From positions 32,001 through 96,000 of the forward strand of contig CAWBMV010000012.1 in the NCBI GenBank assembly GCA_963789955.1: DNA of 64,000 nucleotides. The letters run 5' to 3'. Source of the stretch: an uncultured Candidatus Rokubacteria bacterium. Lineage in GTDB: Bacteria > Methylomirabilota > Methylomirabilia > Rokubacteriales > CSP1-6. The notes beneath the pieces are model-generated. The model saw only the letters and a list, made by a program, of their open reading frames with translations. It did no database searches and was not told the origin of the DNA. Made by a program: the position numbers and the translations under genes. Shown in pieces: positions 55,382 to 64,000 of this stretch. Every line of letters starts with the position of its first letter. The first letter of the stretch is position 1.

Positions 55382-55444
55382 GTTGGCCACCAGATGCGGC
55401 CGACGGGTCGACCGTCGGCCGCATCCCGAATCAGCCGAAGCGCG

Positions 55445-56380
55445 TTACCGCGGAGCCGGCGTGTATTTCCCGGTCAGCTGCGGCGTGGTGCCCTCGAGCT
55501 TCTTCTCCTGACGATCGAGTCGCGTCTCCCGCCCCCAGGTGCGCTTGAGATCGTCGCGGATATTGAAGCGGAGTCGGCCGAGCCCCTCGGTCTCGATCTC
55601 GATGCGGTCCCCGTTCTGGAACCCGCTGAGCCCGCGGTGATTCGTGCCGGTCGCGATGACGTCGCCGGGGTCGAGCGAGTGGATCGAGGTGACCCACTCG
55701 ATGCAGCGCGGGATCTTGTGGGCCATGTCGCTCGTGTTGTAGTTCTGCTTCAGCTCGCCGTTCACCCAGAGCTTGACTTGCAAATGGTGCGGATCGGCGA
55801 TCTCGTCCGCCGTCACGATGTACGGCCCCATCGGGCAGAAGGTGTCGCGCGACTTCATCTGGTAGAACGTGTTGCCGCTCGGCGGAAGACCGCGGGCCGA
55901 GCCGTCGATGAAGTTCGTGTAGCCGAAGATGTAGCTCATCGCCTGCCCGGCGCTGACCTGGGTCGCCTTCTTGCCGATGATCAGCGCCACCTCGGCCTCG
56001 CCCTCGAAGATCGTCGCGGGCACGTCGGGGAGCACCATCGTGTCGCCGTCGCCGATGACGGAGTTCGGGGACTTGTGGAACGCGTTGATCGGCGCCGGCT
56101 CGGAGCGCGTGCCGTCTTCCATGTAGTTCACGGCCATCGCGACGATGTTGTAGGGCTTCGGCAGGGGAGGCCTGATCTTGACCTGACCGACCGGCTTGCC
56201 CTGGCCCTTCGCCGCGGCGCCTTCCAGGCGCGCCTTGTAGTCGGCGAACCGTTCGATCAACCCGGTTATTAAGTCATGCGGCCCGGTATGCGGAATGTCT
56301 TTCACCGCGTCCGATACGTCGACGACGGCGTCGCCCTTGAGCACTCCCAGCCTGAAATCGTCGAAGAAGAGCAGCTTCAT
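55445..56380 (-). CDS. Fumarylacetoacetate hydrolase family protein
   Basis: AVNY, FEGEAEV, NFIDGSAR, KSRDTFCPMGP, PGDVIATGT. Confidence 0.93.
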   Translation of the reverse strand: MKLLFFDDFRLGVLKGDAVVDVSDAVKDIPHTGPHDLITGLIERFADYKARLEGAAAKGQGKPVGQVKIRPPLPKPYNIVAMAVNYMEDGTRSEPAPINAFHKSPNSVIGDGDTMVLPDVPATIFEGEAEVALIIGKKATQVSAGQAMSYIFGYTNFIDGSARGLPPSGNTFYQMKSRDTFCPMGPYIVTADEIADPHHLQVKLWVNGELKQNYNTSDMAHKIPRCIEWVTSIHSLDPGDVIATGTNHRGLSGFQNGDRIEIETEGLGRLRFNIRDDLKRTWGRETRLDRQEKKLEGTTPQLTGKYTPAPR

Positions 56381-56554
56381 GGTCCCCTCCCGCGGGTTGG
56401 TCTGACGCCAGGACTATAGCAGCGTTCGCGTTGACCGGCCGGGGGTCCTGGCTTAGCCTTCTCCCGGCGGCCATCCCGCTGCCAGGGAACGCAGTGTACG
56501 CTCTCGTACCGACCGAGCGCCAGATGACAGGAGAAAGGATCCGGACAGGCCGAC

Positions 56555-57335
56555 ATGATCTTCAACTTCGTCGTTCTACTCATTGCGCTCGGCGCTCTTC
56601 GTCGGGATGGTGGCGCTTCTGGAGGTCGGCCGACGGATCGGCATCCATCGGGCGCGGAAGGATCCGGAGGGGGCTCGGGAGGGCGTCGGCGCGGCGGAAG
56701 GGGCGATCTTTGCGCTGCTCGGGCTGCTGATCGCGTTCACCTTCTCGGGGGCCGTGGGGCGTTTCGACAACCGCCGGAATTTGATCGTCGAGGAAGCCAA
56801 CGCGATCGGCACGGCCTATCTACGGGTCGACATGGTCGCGCCCGACCTGCAGCCCGCGCTTCGCGACACCTTCCGCCGCTACCTGACCGCGCGACTCGAC
56901 GTCTATCGAAAGATCCCGGACATGGCCGCCGTGGAGGCTGCGCTCGCCGAAGTGAATCGTTTGCAGAAGGACATCTGGGGCCAGGCGGTCGTGGCCAGTC
57001 GCGCGCCGGGCTCTCACCCGAACGTCACGATGCTGCTCCTGCCGGCGCTGAATGCCATGATCGACATCGCGACCACCCGGACGACGGCCGCGCGCATGCA
57101 CCCGCCGGTGATCATCTTCGCGATGCTCGTGGCGCTCGCGCTGGCCGCCGCGCTCCTGGCTGGACACGGCATGTCGAAGGCGAAGACGCGCAGCTGGACC
57201 CACGTCGTGGCCCTGGCGGCCGCGATGGCCGTCGCCCTCTACGTCATTCTCGAGATCGAGTACCCGCGGCTCGGGTTCATCCGCGTCGACGCCTTCGACG
57301 AGGTCCTCGTAGATCTTCGAGACATCATGAAGTGA
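56555..57335 (+). CDS. DUF4239-like membrane protein, frameshift near N-terminus
   Basis: LLGLLIAFTFSGA..RFD.RR, EANAIGTAYLR, LEIEYPRLG. Confidence 0.75.
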
Positions 57336-57364
57336 GGTCGGACGCCGGCCGCCGCGGCGTGCCG

Positions 57365-58000
57365 TCAGAACCGGTAGCGGATGCCCGCCTCGAGGATGTT
57401 CGAGCCGCTGTGCCCGAACAAGCCCCAGACCCCCGAGCGGTGATGGATTCGGGTCACGAGGCTCCAGGGCGATTCCGGGATGGCGAAGGTGACCTCGAGG
57501 AGGATGTAGTTGAGCAGCTGCTCGGGCTGGGTGTTCGCAGGATCGGCTTTCTCGAGCGCGGGAATCTCGGTCGCCCACGAGAGGCCTTCGCCGACGGCCG
57601 CCGTCGTCTCGATGTACTTGTTCCACGGGAACACGACCCACCGGAGGTTCACGGAACCCGTGAATTCCCAGTTGTCCTGGTCGCCGAAGTGCTTGTAGAC
57701 CTGAAGCTCGAGCTCTCCAGGCGCATGAATCGCGTCCACTCCGCGAACTGCTTCGACACCGAGACCCCGAACGTGTACGAGTCCTTCAGCTCCAGGTGCA
57801 TCGGAATCGCGAGGAGCTGACTGCCCGAATACACGCCGCCAACCACCGCCATGAACCACGGATTCGTCGATGAGCTCCGGGGCCGCCGCGGAGTGGCTCC
57901 TGGGTCGTCGCGGATGGCTCCTGGGCCGCCACGGGTGGTGGAACGAGCGCCGTCCCGACGAGGACGAGGACGATCAGGATGTGATCGACAGAGTTTGCCG
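57365..58000 (-). CDS. Outer-membrane beta-barrel, PagL/acyloxyacyl hydrolase-like; frameshifted, start uncertain
   Basis: GEGLSWA, LLNYILLE, RIHHRSG, GSNILEAGIRYRF with terminal Phe. Confidence 0.65.
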
Positions 58001-58011
58001 CGCATCGTTGG

Positions 58012-58047
58012 TCGGTTTCGCGCATCGTATCGGTCTCGCGCATCGTA
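58012..58047. repeat. 18-bp tandem duplication
   Basis: tcggtttcgcgcatcgta tcggtctcgcgcatcgta, plus partial gcgcatcgt at 58000-58008. Confidence 0.85.
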
Positions 58048-58133
58048 GCAGAAGCCGGTCGGCGATGGCGGCATGCCCTCGACTGGACAAAGGTCGTCGG
58101 CCGCGCCCTATCCTCGCCCGACGGGAGGAACGT

Positions 58134-59183
58134 ATGCAGGGACGGGTCGCGGTCTCGCTTCGAATTCCAGGCACTTCGCCGATGCCGGAGCTGATCCGGC
58201 TGATCCAGGACGTCGAGACGGCCGGTTTCGACGGCGCCGGCATCCTCGACAGCCAGCTCCTCTGCCGCGACACGTTCGTGACGCTCGGCCAGGCCGCGAC
58301 CCAGACGTCGCGCCTGACGTTGTTCCCGGCGGTGACCAATCCATTCTCGCGTCACGTCTCGGTGCTGGCGGGCGCGATCCAGACCGTGGCCGAGCTCGCG
58401 CCCGGCCGCACCAAGGTCGTGATCGGCACGGGGTACACGTCGGCGAGCACGATCGGCCGCAAGCCGGCCACGCTCGCTGAGATGCGCGCCTGTATCGAGG
58501 ATCTGCGGCAGCTACTCGCCGGCGAGGCCGTCGACTTCGACGGCACACCCGGCCGGCTCGCGTATGCCACGGGCCGACCGGTGTCGCTCCTGATGGCGGC
58601 GTCGGGACCCAAGGCCATCGAGCTCGCGGGCGAGGTGGCCGACGGCGTGATGCTGCTGGTCGGCTTTCATCGCGGCATCGTCGACGCCGTGCTGACGCAC
58701 CTCGAGCGGGGCGCGCGCCGCAGCGGGCGCCGCCTCGAGGATCTCGAGATCGTATGGGCGGTCCGCACGGGCATGGCGGCGACGATGGCCGAGGCGCATC
58801 GACAGGCGCGCCCGACCGTCGTGCATCAGGGCATCATGCGCGTGCACTCGCGGTGGCTCGAGCACACGAAGCTGTCCATCCCGCACTTCGACATTCCGCC
58901 GAGCGTCTACAAGATCTATCCCGATCTCTCGCACGCGCAGGACTGGGACGAGGCCATCGCCGCGACCGCGTTCGTTCCCGACGAGGTCATCGCGCAGCTC
59001 TGCGATGCGCTCGGGCTGATGGGCACGCCGGAGCACTGCGCCCGCCGCATCATCGACCTGACCGCCGCCGGCGTGAAGAGCCTCTACATCATGCCGCTGC
59101 AGACCTTCGTCGGCCCCGAGCAGGAGATCCGCTCGTTCCGCGACGCGGTGTTCCCCGCGTTGAAGGCCGCCGGCTACCGATGA
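58134..59183 (+). CDS. LLM-class flavin-dependent oxidoreductase
   Basis: SD ggagg; AGFD...DSQ, VTNPFSRH, AASGPKAIELAGEVADG. Confidence 0.92.
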   Translation: MQGRVAVSLRIPGTSPMPELIRLIQDVETAGFDGAGILDSQLLCRDTFVTLGQAATQTSRLTLFPAVTNPFSRHVSVLAGAIQTVAELAPGRTKVVIGTGYTSASTIGRKPATLAEMRACIEDLRQLLAGEAVDFDGTPGRLAYATGRPVSLLMAASGPKAIELAGEVADGVMLLVGFHRGIVDAVLTHLERGARRSGRRLEDLEIVWAVRTGMAATMAEAHRQARPTVVHQGIMRVHSRWLEHTKLSIPHFDIPPSVYKIYPDLSHAQDWDEAIAATAFVPDEVIAQLCDALGLMGTPEHCARRIIDLTAAGVKSLYIMPLQTFVGPEQEIRSFRDAVFPALKAAGYR

Positions 59184-59956
59184 ACGCCGGCAAGCTTCAG
59201 GGCAGGGTCGCGCTCGTCACCGGGGCCAGCCGGAACATCGGCCGCGCCATCGCGCTCGCGTTCGCGGCCGAGGGCGCGGACCTCGTGCTGAACACGCGCG
59301 TGAACGGCGAGGAGCTCGAGGCGGTGGCGGGCGAGTGCCGGAAGGCCGGCGTGCGCGCCGTCACCGCGCTCGGCGACGTCGGCGATCCGGCAGTCTGCCA
59401 GACGATGGTCGAGCGCGGCCTGTCCGAGCTCGGGGCCGTCGACGTCCTCGTGTGCAACGCGGCGATCCGGCCGCACAAGTCCGTCACCGAAACGACGGTC
59501 GAGGAATGGCACCACGTGCTCGGCGTCAACCTCCACTCGGCGTTCTATCTGGCGCGCGCGGCGGTCCCAGGGATGAAGGAGCGCCGCCGCGGGAGCATCA
59601 TCGCGCTCGGCGGGATGTCGAGCCTCACCGGCCGGCCGAATACCGCGGTCGTGACGGTGGCCAAGACCGGGCTCCTCGGCTTCGTGCGCGCGCTCGCCGC
59701 CGAGCTCGGGCCGTTCGGCATTCGCGTGAACATGGTGATGCCGGGGTTCATCGACACCGAGCGGCGCCACGCCGAGTGGTATCCGGAGTTTCGTCAGGCG
59801 CCGCCGGGCTCGGCGGAAGAGCTCGCGAAGATCCCGCTCCGTCGTCTCGGCCGGCCCGAGGACATCGCGGAGGCGTGCGTGTTCCTCGCCTCCGACGCGT
59901 CGTCCTACGTCACCGGGGACTCGATCCGGGTGATGGGCGGACGGGTCATCGGCTGA
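59180..59956 (+). CDS. SDR family oxidoreductase (atypical, no catalytic Tyr)
   Basis: TGASRNIG, CNAA, VTVAK, PGFIDT, SYVTG. Confidence 0.92.
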   Translation: MNAGKLQGRVALVTGASRNIGRAIALAFAAEGADLVLNTRVNGEELEAVAGECRKAGVRAVTALGDVGDPAVCQTMVERGLSELGAVDVLVCNAAIRPHKSVTETTVEEWHHVLGVNLHSAFYLARAAVPGMKERRRGSIIALGGMSSLTGRPNTAVVTVAKTGLLGFVRALAAELGPFGIRVNMVMPGFIDTERRHAEWYPEFRQAPPGSAEELAKIPLRRLGRPEDIAEACVFLASDASSYVTGDSIRVMGGRVIG

Positions 59957-59969
59957 CGATCGGCTCGGT

Positions 59970-60344
59970 TCACGTCGCGCGGCAAACCAGCCGCTTCAGG
60001 TAGCCCTCGACGAGTGGACCCCAGCGATCCGGGCGTCGCCAGATGAAGTGCCCACCGAACTCCGGCGGCAGCTCGTGGAACGCGCCGCGCCCGCCGGCCG
60101 TTTCAAACGCGGCGAAGTTCGCTCGGCTGTGGGAGAGCGAGCCGTGATTGAAGACCAATGTGGGCGAGGGGACTGGCCCCGCCGGCGTGTAGACGCGCAT
60201 TTCCAGGCGCACGCGCTCGCCGTCGACGGTGACCGGCACCATCCGCGCTTCCTGCGCGTGCGAGGCTCCCGTCAGCATCACCACCGCCAGGGAGATCAGG
60301 GCGGCGCCGCGGCCGAGCGCGAGGAGGCGAATCGACTGTGGCAT
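59970..60344 (-). pseudogene. Dienelactone hydrolase-like gene with large in-frame internal deletion
   Basis: Signal peptide + PTLVFNHGS fused directly to C-terminal HSRANFAAF..GHFIW; no nucleophile segment. Confidence 0.6.
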
Positions 60345-60376
60345 TATTGGCCGACCCATCCTACCCGGAGGTGACC

Positions 60377-61918
60377 ATGAGCCGCTCGATCATTCGGCTT
60401 GGCATCGTCCTGACCTGCCTCGTCTTGTTCGGAGTCTCTCGTCCGGCGGCGGCCGCGCCGGAAGGCACCGTGACGTGGGGTGTGCACATCACCCTGGCGT
60501 CGCGCTGGCTCGACCCGGCGGAGACCGAAGGCATCATCACGCCGTTCATGTTCCTCTACGCGCTGCACGACGCGGTCGTGAAGCCGATGCCGGCGGGATG
60601 GAATACGCCGAGCCTGGCCGAGTCGTGGAGTCAATCGAAGGACGGGCTCACGTACGAGTTCGTCCTGCGCAAGGGCGTCAAGTTCCACAACGGCGATCCG
60701 GTGACGGCGGAGGACGTGAAGTTCTCGTACGACCGCTATCGGGGCGCCGGCGTCAAGCTGCTCAAGGACCGGGTCCGCGAGGTTCAGGTCGTCGATCCCG
60801 GGCGCATCCGGTTCGTGCTCAAGGAGCCGTGGCCGGACTTCATGACCTTCTACGGCACGTCGGCGACCGGCGCGGGCTGGGTCGTGCCCAAGAAGTACGT
60901 CGAGAAGGTCGGCGACGACGGCTTCAAGAAGGCGCCGATCGGCGCCGGGCCCTACAAGTTCGTGAGCTTCAACCCGGGCGTGGAGCTCGTGCTGGAGGCC
61001 TACGAGGGCTACTGGCGCAAGACGCCGAGCATCAAGCGGCTCGTGCTCCGCAGCTTGCCCGAGGAGACGACGCGGGCGGCCGCGCTCAAGAACGGTGAGG
61101 TCGACATCGCCTATCTGTTTACCGGCCCCGTCGCCGAAGACATTCGACGCACGCCCGGGCTCAAGCTCACGGCGCCGAGCCAGTCGAGCGGCGTCTTCTG
61201 GCTCGACATGCCCGATCAATGGGATCCGAAATCGCCGTGGCACGACCGCCGCGTGCGTCTGGCGGCCAGCCACGCGATCGATCGCGCGGCGCTCAACCAG
61301 GCCGAGACGCTCGGGCTCTCGAAGCCGACCGGCGGTCTCATCCCGCGCGCCTTCGAGTTCTCGAAGTCGTTCGAGCCGCCCGCCTTCGATCCGGCTCGGG
61401 CCAAGCAGCTCATGGCCGAAGCGGGCTATCCCAACGGCTTCGACGCCGGCGACTTCTATCCGTGGCCGCCGTACACGGCGATGGGGGAAGCGCTGGCCTC
61501 GTATCTCCAGGCGATCGGTATCAAGTCGCGGATCCGCGTCATGGAGCGAGCGACCCTCACGACGGCGTGGCGCGAGAAGAAGCTCAAGAACCTGATCGTG
61601 GGCATCACGGGCGCGGCCGGCAACGCGGCGACGCGGCTCGAGGCGTACGTGAGCCGGGAGGGCGCCTACACCGCGGGGGTCATTCCCGAAGTCGAGGATC
61701 TATTCCAGCGTCAGGCGCGCGAGGTCGACGTGAAGCGGCGCGAGGCGCTGATCCATCAGATCCAGCAGATCCTGTTCGACCGGGTGACGTACGTCCCGAT
61801 CTACGAGCTGGCGTTCACCTGGGGGATCGGTCCCCGGCTCGAGGAGCCCGGCATCAGCTTGATCCGGGGCTACGCGTACTCGGCGCCGTACGAGGATCTG
61901 AAGCTCAAGAAGCCCTAG
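60377..61918 (+). CDS. Peptide ABC transporter substrate-binding protein (family 5), orphan
   Basis: SD ggagg; PSLAESW, GVKFHNGDPVTAEDV, PIGAGPYK, FDPARAKQLMAEAG. Confidence 0.95.
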   Translation: MSRSIIRLGIVLTCLVLFGVSRPAAAAPEGTVTWGVHITLASRWLDPAETEGIITPFMFLYALHDAVVKPMPAGWNTPSLAESWSQSKDGLTYEFVLRKGVKFHNGDPVTAEDVKFSYDRYRGAGVKLLKDRVREVQVVDPGRIRFVLKEPWPDFMTFYGTSATGAGWVVPKKYVEKVGDDGFKKAPIGAGPYKFVSFNPGVELVLEAYEGYWRKTPSIKRLVLRSLPEETTRAAALKNGEVDIAYLFTGPVAEDIRRTPGLKLTAPSQSSGVFWLDMPDQWDPKSPWHDRRVRLAASHAIDRAALNQAETLGLSKPTGGLIPRAFEFSKSFEPPAFDPARAKQLMAEAGYPNGFDAGDFYPWPPYTAMGEALASYLQAIGIKSRIRVMERATLTTAWREKKLKNLIVGITGAAGNAATRLEAYVSREGAYTAGVIPEVEDLFQRQAREVDVKRREALIHQIQQILFDRVTYVPIYELAFTWGIGPRLEEPGISLIRGYAYSAPYEDLKLKKP

Positions 61919-62730
61919 AAGGCCAGGAACTCCTTGAGCGCGGCGAGGACGGCCTCGGGGTTGTCCTCGTGGAGCGTGTGGACGGCCCGGGGAATCTCGA
62001 CGAAGCGGCCGCGCGGGAGTTCCTTGCCCATTCGCTCGGCGACGTCGCGGTCCAGCACGGTGCTGCTCTCGCCGCGGAGCACGAGCGTCGGCGCCGTGAT
62101 CGATTTCAGGACGGCCCACCAGTCGATGTCGAGCTGGGACCGCCGCTCCTTGACGCTCGGATGCCAGGCCCACACGAGGGCGCCGTCGGCGCGCTGGCGC
62201 AGGCTCGTGCTCGCGACCCATCGGTAGTAGTGGATGCCCGGATTCGGGTTGCCGCGGTAGAGGTGCTGCGCCGCCTGCTCGATGCTGTCCCACGTCGCGG
62301 GCTCCGGCGGTCCGGCCGGCGCGGCCGCGGCGCGCTTGCTGATCTCCGGGCCGATGTCGACGATGACGAGCTTCTGCACGAGCTCGGGTCGCTTCGACGT
62401 GAAGTAGATCGCGTTGCGGCCGCCCATCGACAGGCCGACCAGCACGAGCGATTTGAGACCGAGCTCGCCGATGACACCGCTGATGTCGTCGAAGGCCACG
62501 GCCGGGTTGTAGACCTCGGCGGGATCGCTGTCGCCGTGTCCGCGCTGGTCGAGGGCGTAGACGTGGAAGTGCGGCTGGAGCGCGATGCTGAGCGTGTCCC
62601 ACGCGTGCGCGTGCCCCGTGAAGCCGTGCAGGAGGAGCAGCGGCGTTCGGCCCTCGCCGCCCCAGTCGAGCAGGTGGAGGCGGAGACCCTTGACGGAGAA
62701 GCTGCGATCGATCGGCCGCAGGAGGTTCAT
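61915..62730 (-). CDS. Alpha/beta hydrolase
   Basis: LLLHGF, DQRGHGDS, GLSMGG, AVHTLH. Confidence 0.92.
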   Translation of the reverse strand: MNLLRPIDRSFSVKGLRLHLLDWGGEGRTPLLLLHGFTGHAHAWDTLSIALQPHFHVYALDQRGHGDSDPAEVYNPAVAFDDISGVIGELGLKSLVLVGLSMGGRNAIYFTSKRPELVQKLVIVDIGPEISKRAAAAPAGPPEPATWDSIEQAAQHLYRGNPNPGIHYYRWVASTSLRQRADGALVWAWHPSVKERRSQLDIDWWAVLKSITAPTLVLRGESSTVLDRDVAERMGKELPRGRFVEIPRAVHTLHEDNPEAVLAALKEFLAF

Positions 62731-62865
62731 GGCCACCTTATCGCGCGCTTCGGGTCCGGAATCAAGCGCGCGGCGCAAATGTCCTGGCTTTTCGGGGACC
62801 CCTGGCGTAACCTGCCTGGACAGGTACAGGAACCGGGCTCGAACCACCTCCAGAGGAGACACGGC

Positions 62866-63291
62866 ATGCCGAAGATCAAGCACATCGCCCTCTCGACGCA
62901 GGACGTGGACAAGACCGCAAAGTTCTACATCGACGTGTTCGGCATGAAGGAAATCGCCAAGATCGACAGCCCGGGCGCTCGGGGCTACTACCTGAGCGAC
63001 GGTGATCTCAACCTGGCGATCCTGAACTTCAAGAACGACGCGGTCGCCGGCGTCGAGCGCGGCGCGGGCTGGAGCGGCATCCACCACATCGGCTTCCAGG
63101 TCGAGAGCCTGGAGGCGATCACCGAGCGGCTGAAGAATGCCGGATCCGAGCCCCGCGAGGACATCAACAAGGCCCTCGGCGTCGGGCAGCACGGCAATCG
63201 GTACGGCAACGTCGAGGTGAAGTACACCGGGCCCGACGGCGTGACGGTGGACGTCTCCGAGACCGGCTGGGTCGGCACCTCCGGACTGTAA
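62866..63291 (+). CDS. VOC/glyoxalase family protein
   Basis: SD gaggag; IKHIAL, GIHHIGF, GPDGVTVDVSE. Confidence 0.9.
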   Translation: MPKIKHIALSTQDVDKTAKFYIDVFGMKEIAKIDSPGARGYYLSDGDLNLAILNFKNDAVAGVERGAGWSGIHHIGFQVESLEAITERLKNAGSEPREDINKALGVGQHGNRYGNVEVKYTGPDGVTVDVSETGWVGTSGL

Positions 63292-63326
63292 CCGCCGCGC
63301 GGCGCGCGCCGCGCAGTCTGCCATCC

Positions 63327-63360
63327 AAGCGGGGGAGCGAGATCGCTCCCCCGCTTTTTT
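63327..63360 (+). terminator. Rho-independent terminator
   Basis: aagcgggggagcga-ga-tcgctcccccgctt hairpin followed by a T tract. Confidence 0.9.
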
Positions 63361-63379
63361 GTCCGCCGCGGCCAGACGG

Positions 63380-63422
63380 CCGATTCCACCATAGAGTATT
63401 ATGTTCGCTATGGCGGATTCGG
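63380..63422. promoter_or_regulatory. Inverted repeat enclosing a -10 box and the XRE start codon (candidate autoregulatory operator)
   Basis: ccgattccaccatag-N13-ctatggcggattcgg (13 of 15 complementary); tattat at 63397-63402. Confidence 0.55.
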
Positions 63423-64000
63423 CTGCGCAGGGCACGCCGCGGCTGTCCTCTGGGCTCGACATGGCCGGGCTCGGCGCCCGCCTTCGCCTCGAGCGGCTTC
63501 GCCGCCACCTCTCGCTGCAGGATCTGGAAACGCGCACGGGCGTGAGCCGGAGCATGCTCTCGGAGGTGGAGCGGGGGAGCAAGGTGCCGACCGTCCTGGT
63601 GCTGGATCGCATCGCCACCGGGCTCGACACCAGCATCGCCCGGCTGCTCGGCGACGAGCGCGCGGCGCGCGTGGTGGTGTTGCGGCGCGGCGAGCACGAT
63701 ACCGCGTACGACCCGTCGGGCTGGGAGCGGCGGATCCTGTCGCCCGTGCTGCCGGGTGTGGAGTTCGAGCTCATGCGCACGACCATCCCCGGCGGGGTCG
63801 ATGCCGGTGAGTTCGACCCGCACGCCCCGGGCTCGCGCGAGTACCTCGCGATGGAGCGCGGCACCCTGCGCCTGACGCTCGACGGTGTGGAGCACATCCT
63901 TCGTGCGGGCGACAGCATCTACTACGCCGGCGACTGCCGGCACGCGTTCGCCAACGGCGGACGCGAGCTCTGCGTCTACTACCTGGCGATGGAGCTCGGC
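63410..64000 (+). CDS. XRE-family HTH + cupin transcriptional regulator (runs off window end; missing from ORF track)
   Basis: Manual translation: LGARLRLERLRRHLSLQDLETRTGVSRSMLSEVERGSKVPT...HAPGSREY...LRAGDSIYYAGDCRHAFAN. Confidence 0.92.
   Translation, partial: MADSAAQGTPRLSSGLDMAGLGARLRLERLRRHLSLQDLETRTGVSRSMLSEVERGSKVPTVLVLDRIATGLDTSIARLLGDERAARVVVLRRGEHDTAYDPSGWERRILSPVLPGVEFELMRTTIPGGVDAGEFDPHAPGSREYLAMERGTLRLTLDGVEHILRAGDSIYYAGDCRHAFANGGRELCVYYLAMELG

Noticed and set aside
62810..62830. acctg-N6-caggt palindrome between divergent hydrolase and VOC genes
   Set aside because: Arms are too short to distinguish from chance

Overview
GC-rich bacterial window with about 55 protein-coding genes. 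I saw no rRNA, tRNA or CRISPR array. Many otherwise intact genes carry single-base frameshifts, which most likely reflect long-read consensus errors. The window appears to be two unrelated segments joined at about 34,925, where two convergent genes are both cut off mid-protein. The left segment (1-34.9 kb) has Acidobacteria/Vicinamibacterales-like content (inference): a PQQ dehydrogenase, cytochrome c, LigC plus Prim-Pol, DUF1800/DUF1501, a hybrid histidine kinase, a BNR+MoaD pair, transporters, five paralogs of an uncharacterised Cys-containing exported family, secreted MBL-fold proteins, a degraded ISAzo13 and heptamer microrepeats. The right segment (34.9-64 kb) has Rokubacteria-like content (inference): peptide and NitT/TauT ABC transporters, a Mo-bisPGD oxidoreductase, a zinc-ribbon cyclase-AAA-TPR protein, glycosyltransferases, and LLM, SDR, AKR and FAH enzymes. 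The best candidate for a new system is a 77-aa PEP-CTERM micro-protein, with a predicted mature cargo of only QCSGCPPP, lying just upstream of a GT4 glycosyltransferase. Other candidates are an exported kinase-like protein behind DUF1800/DUF1501 and the recurrent module of a Cys-containing exported protein plus a secreted MBL.
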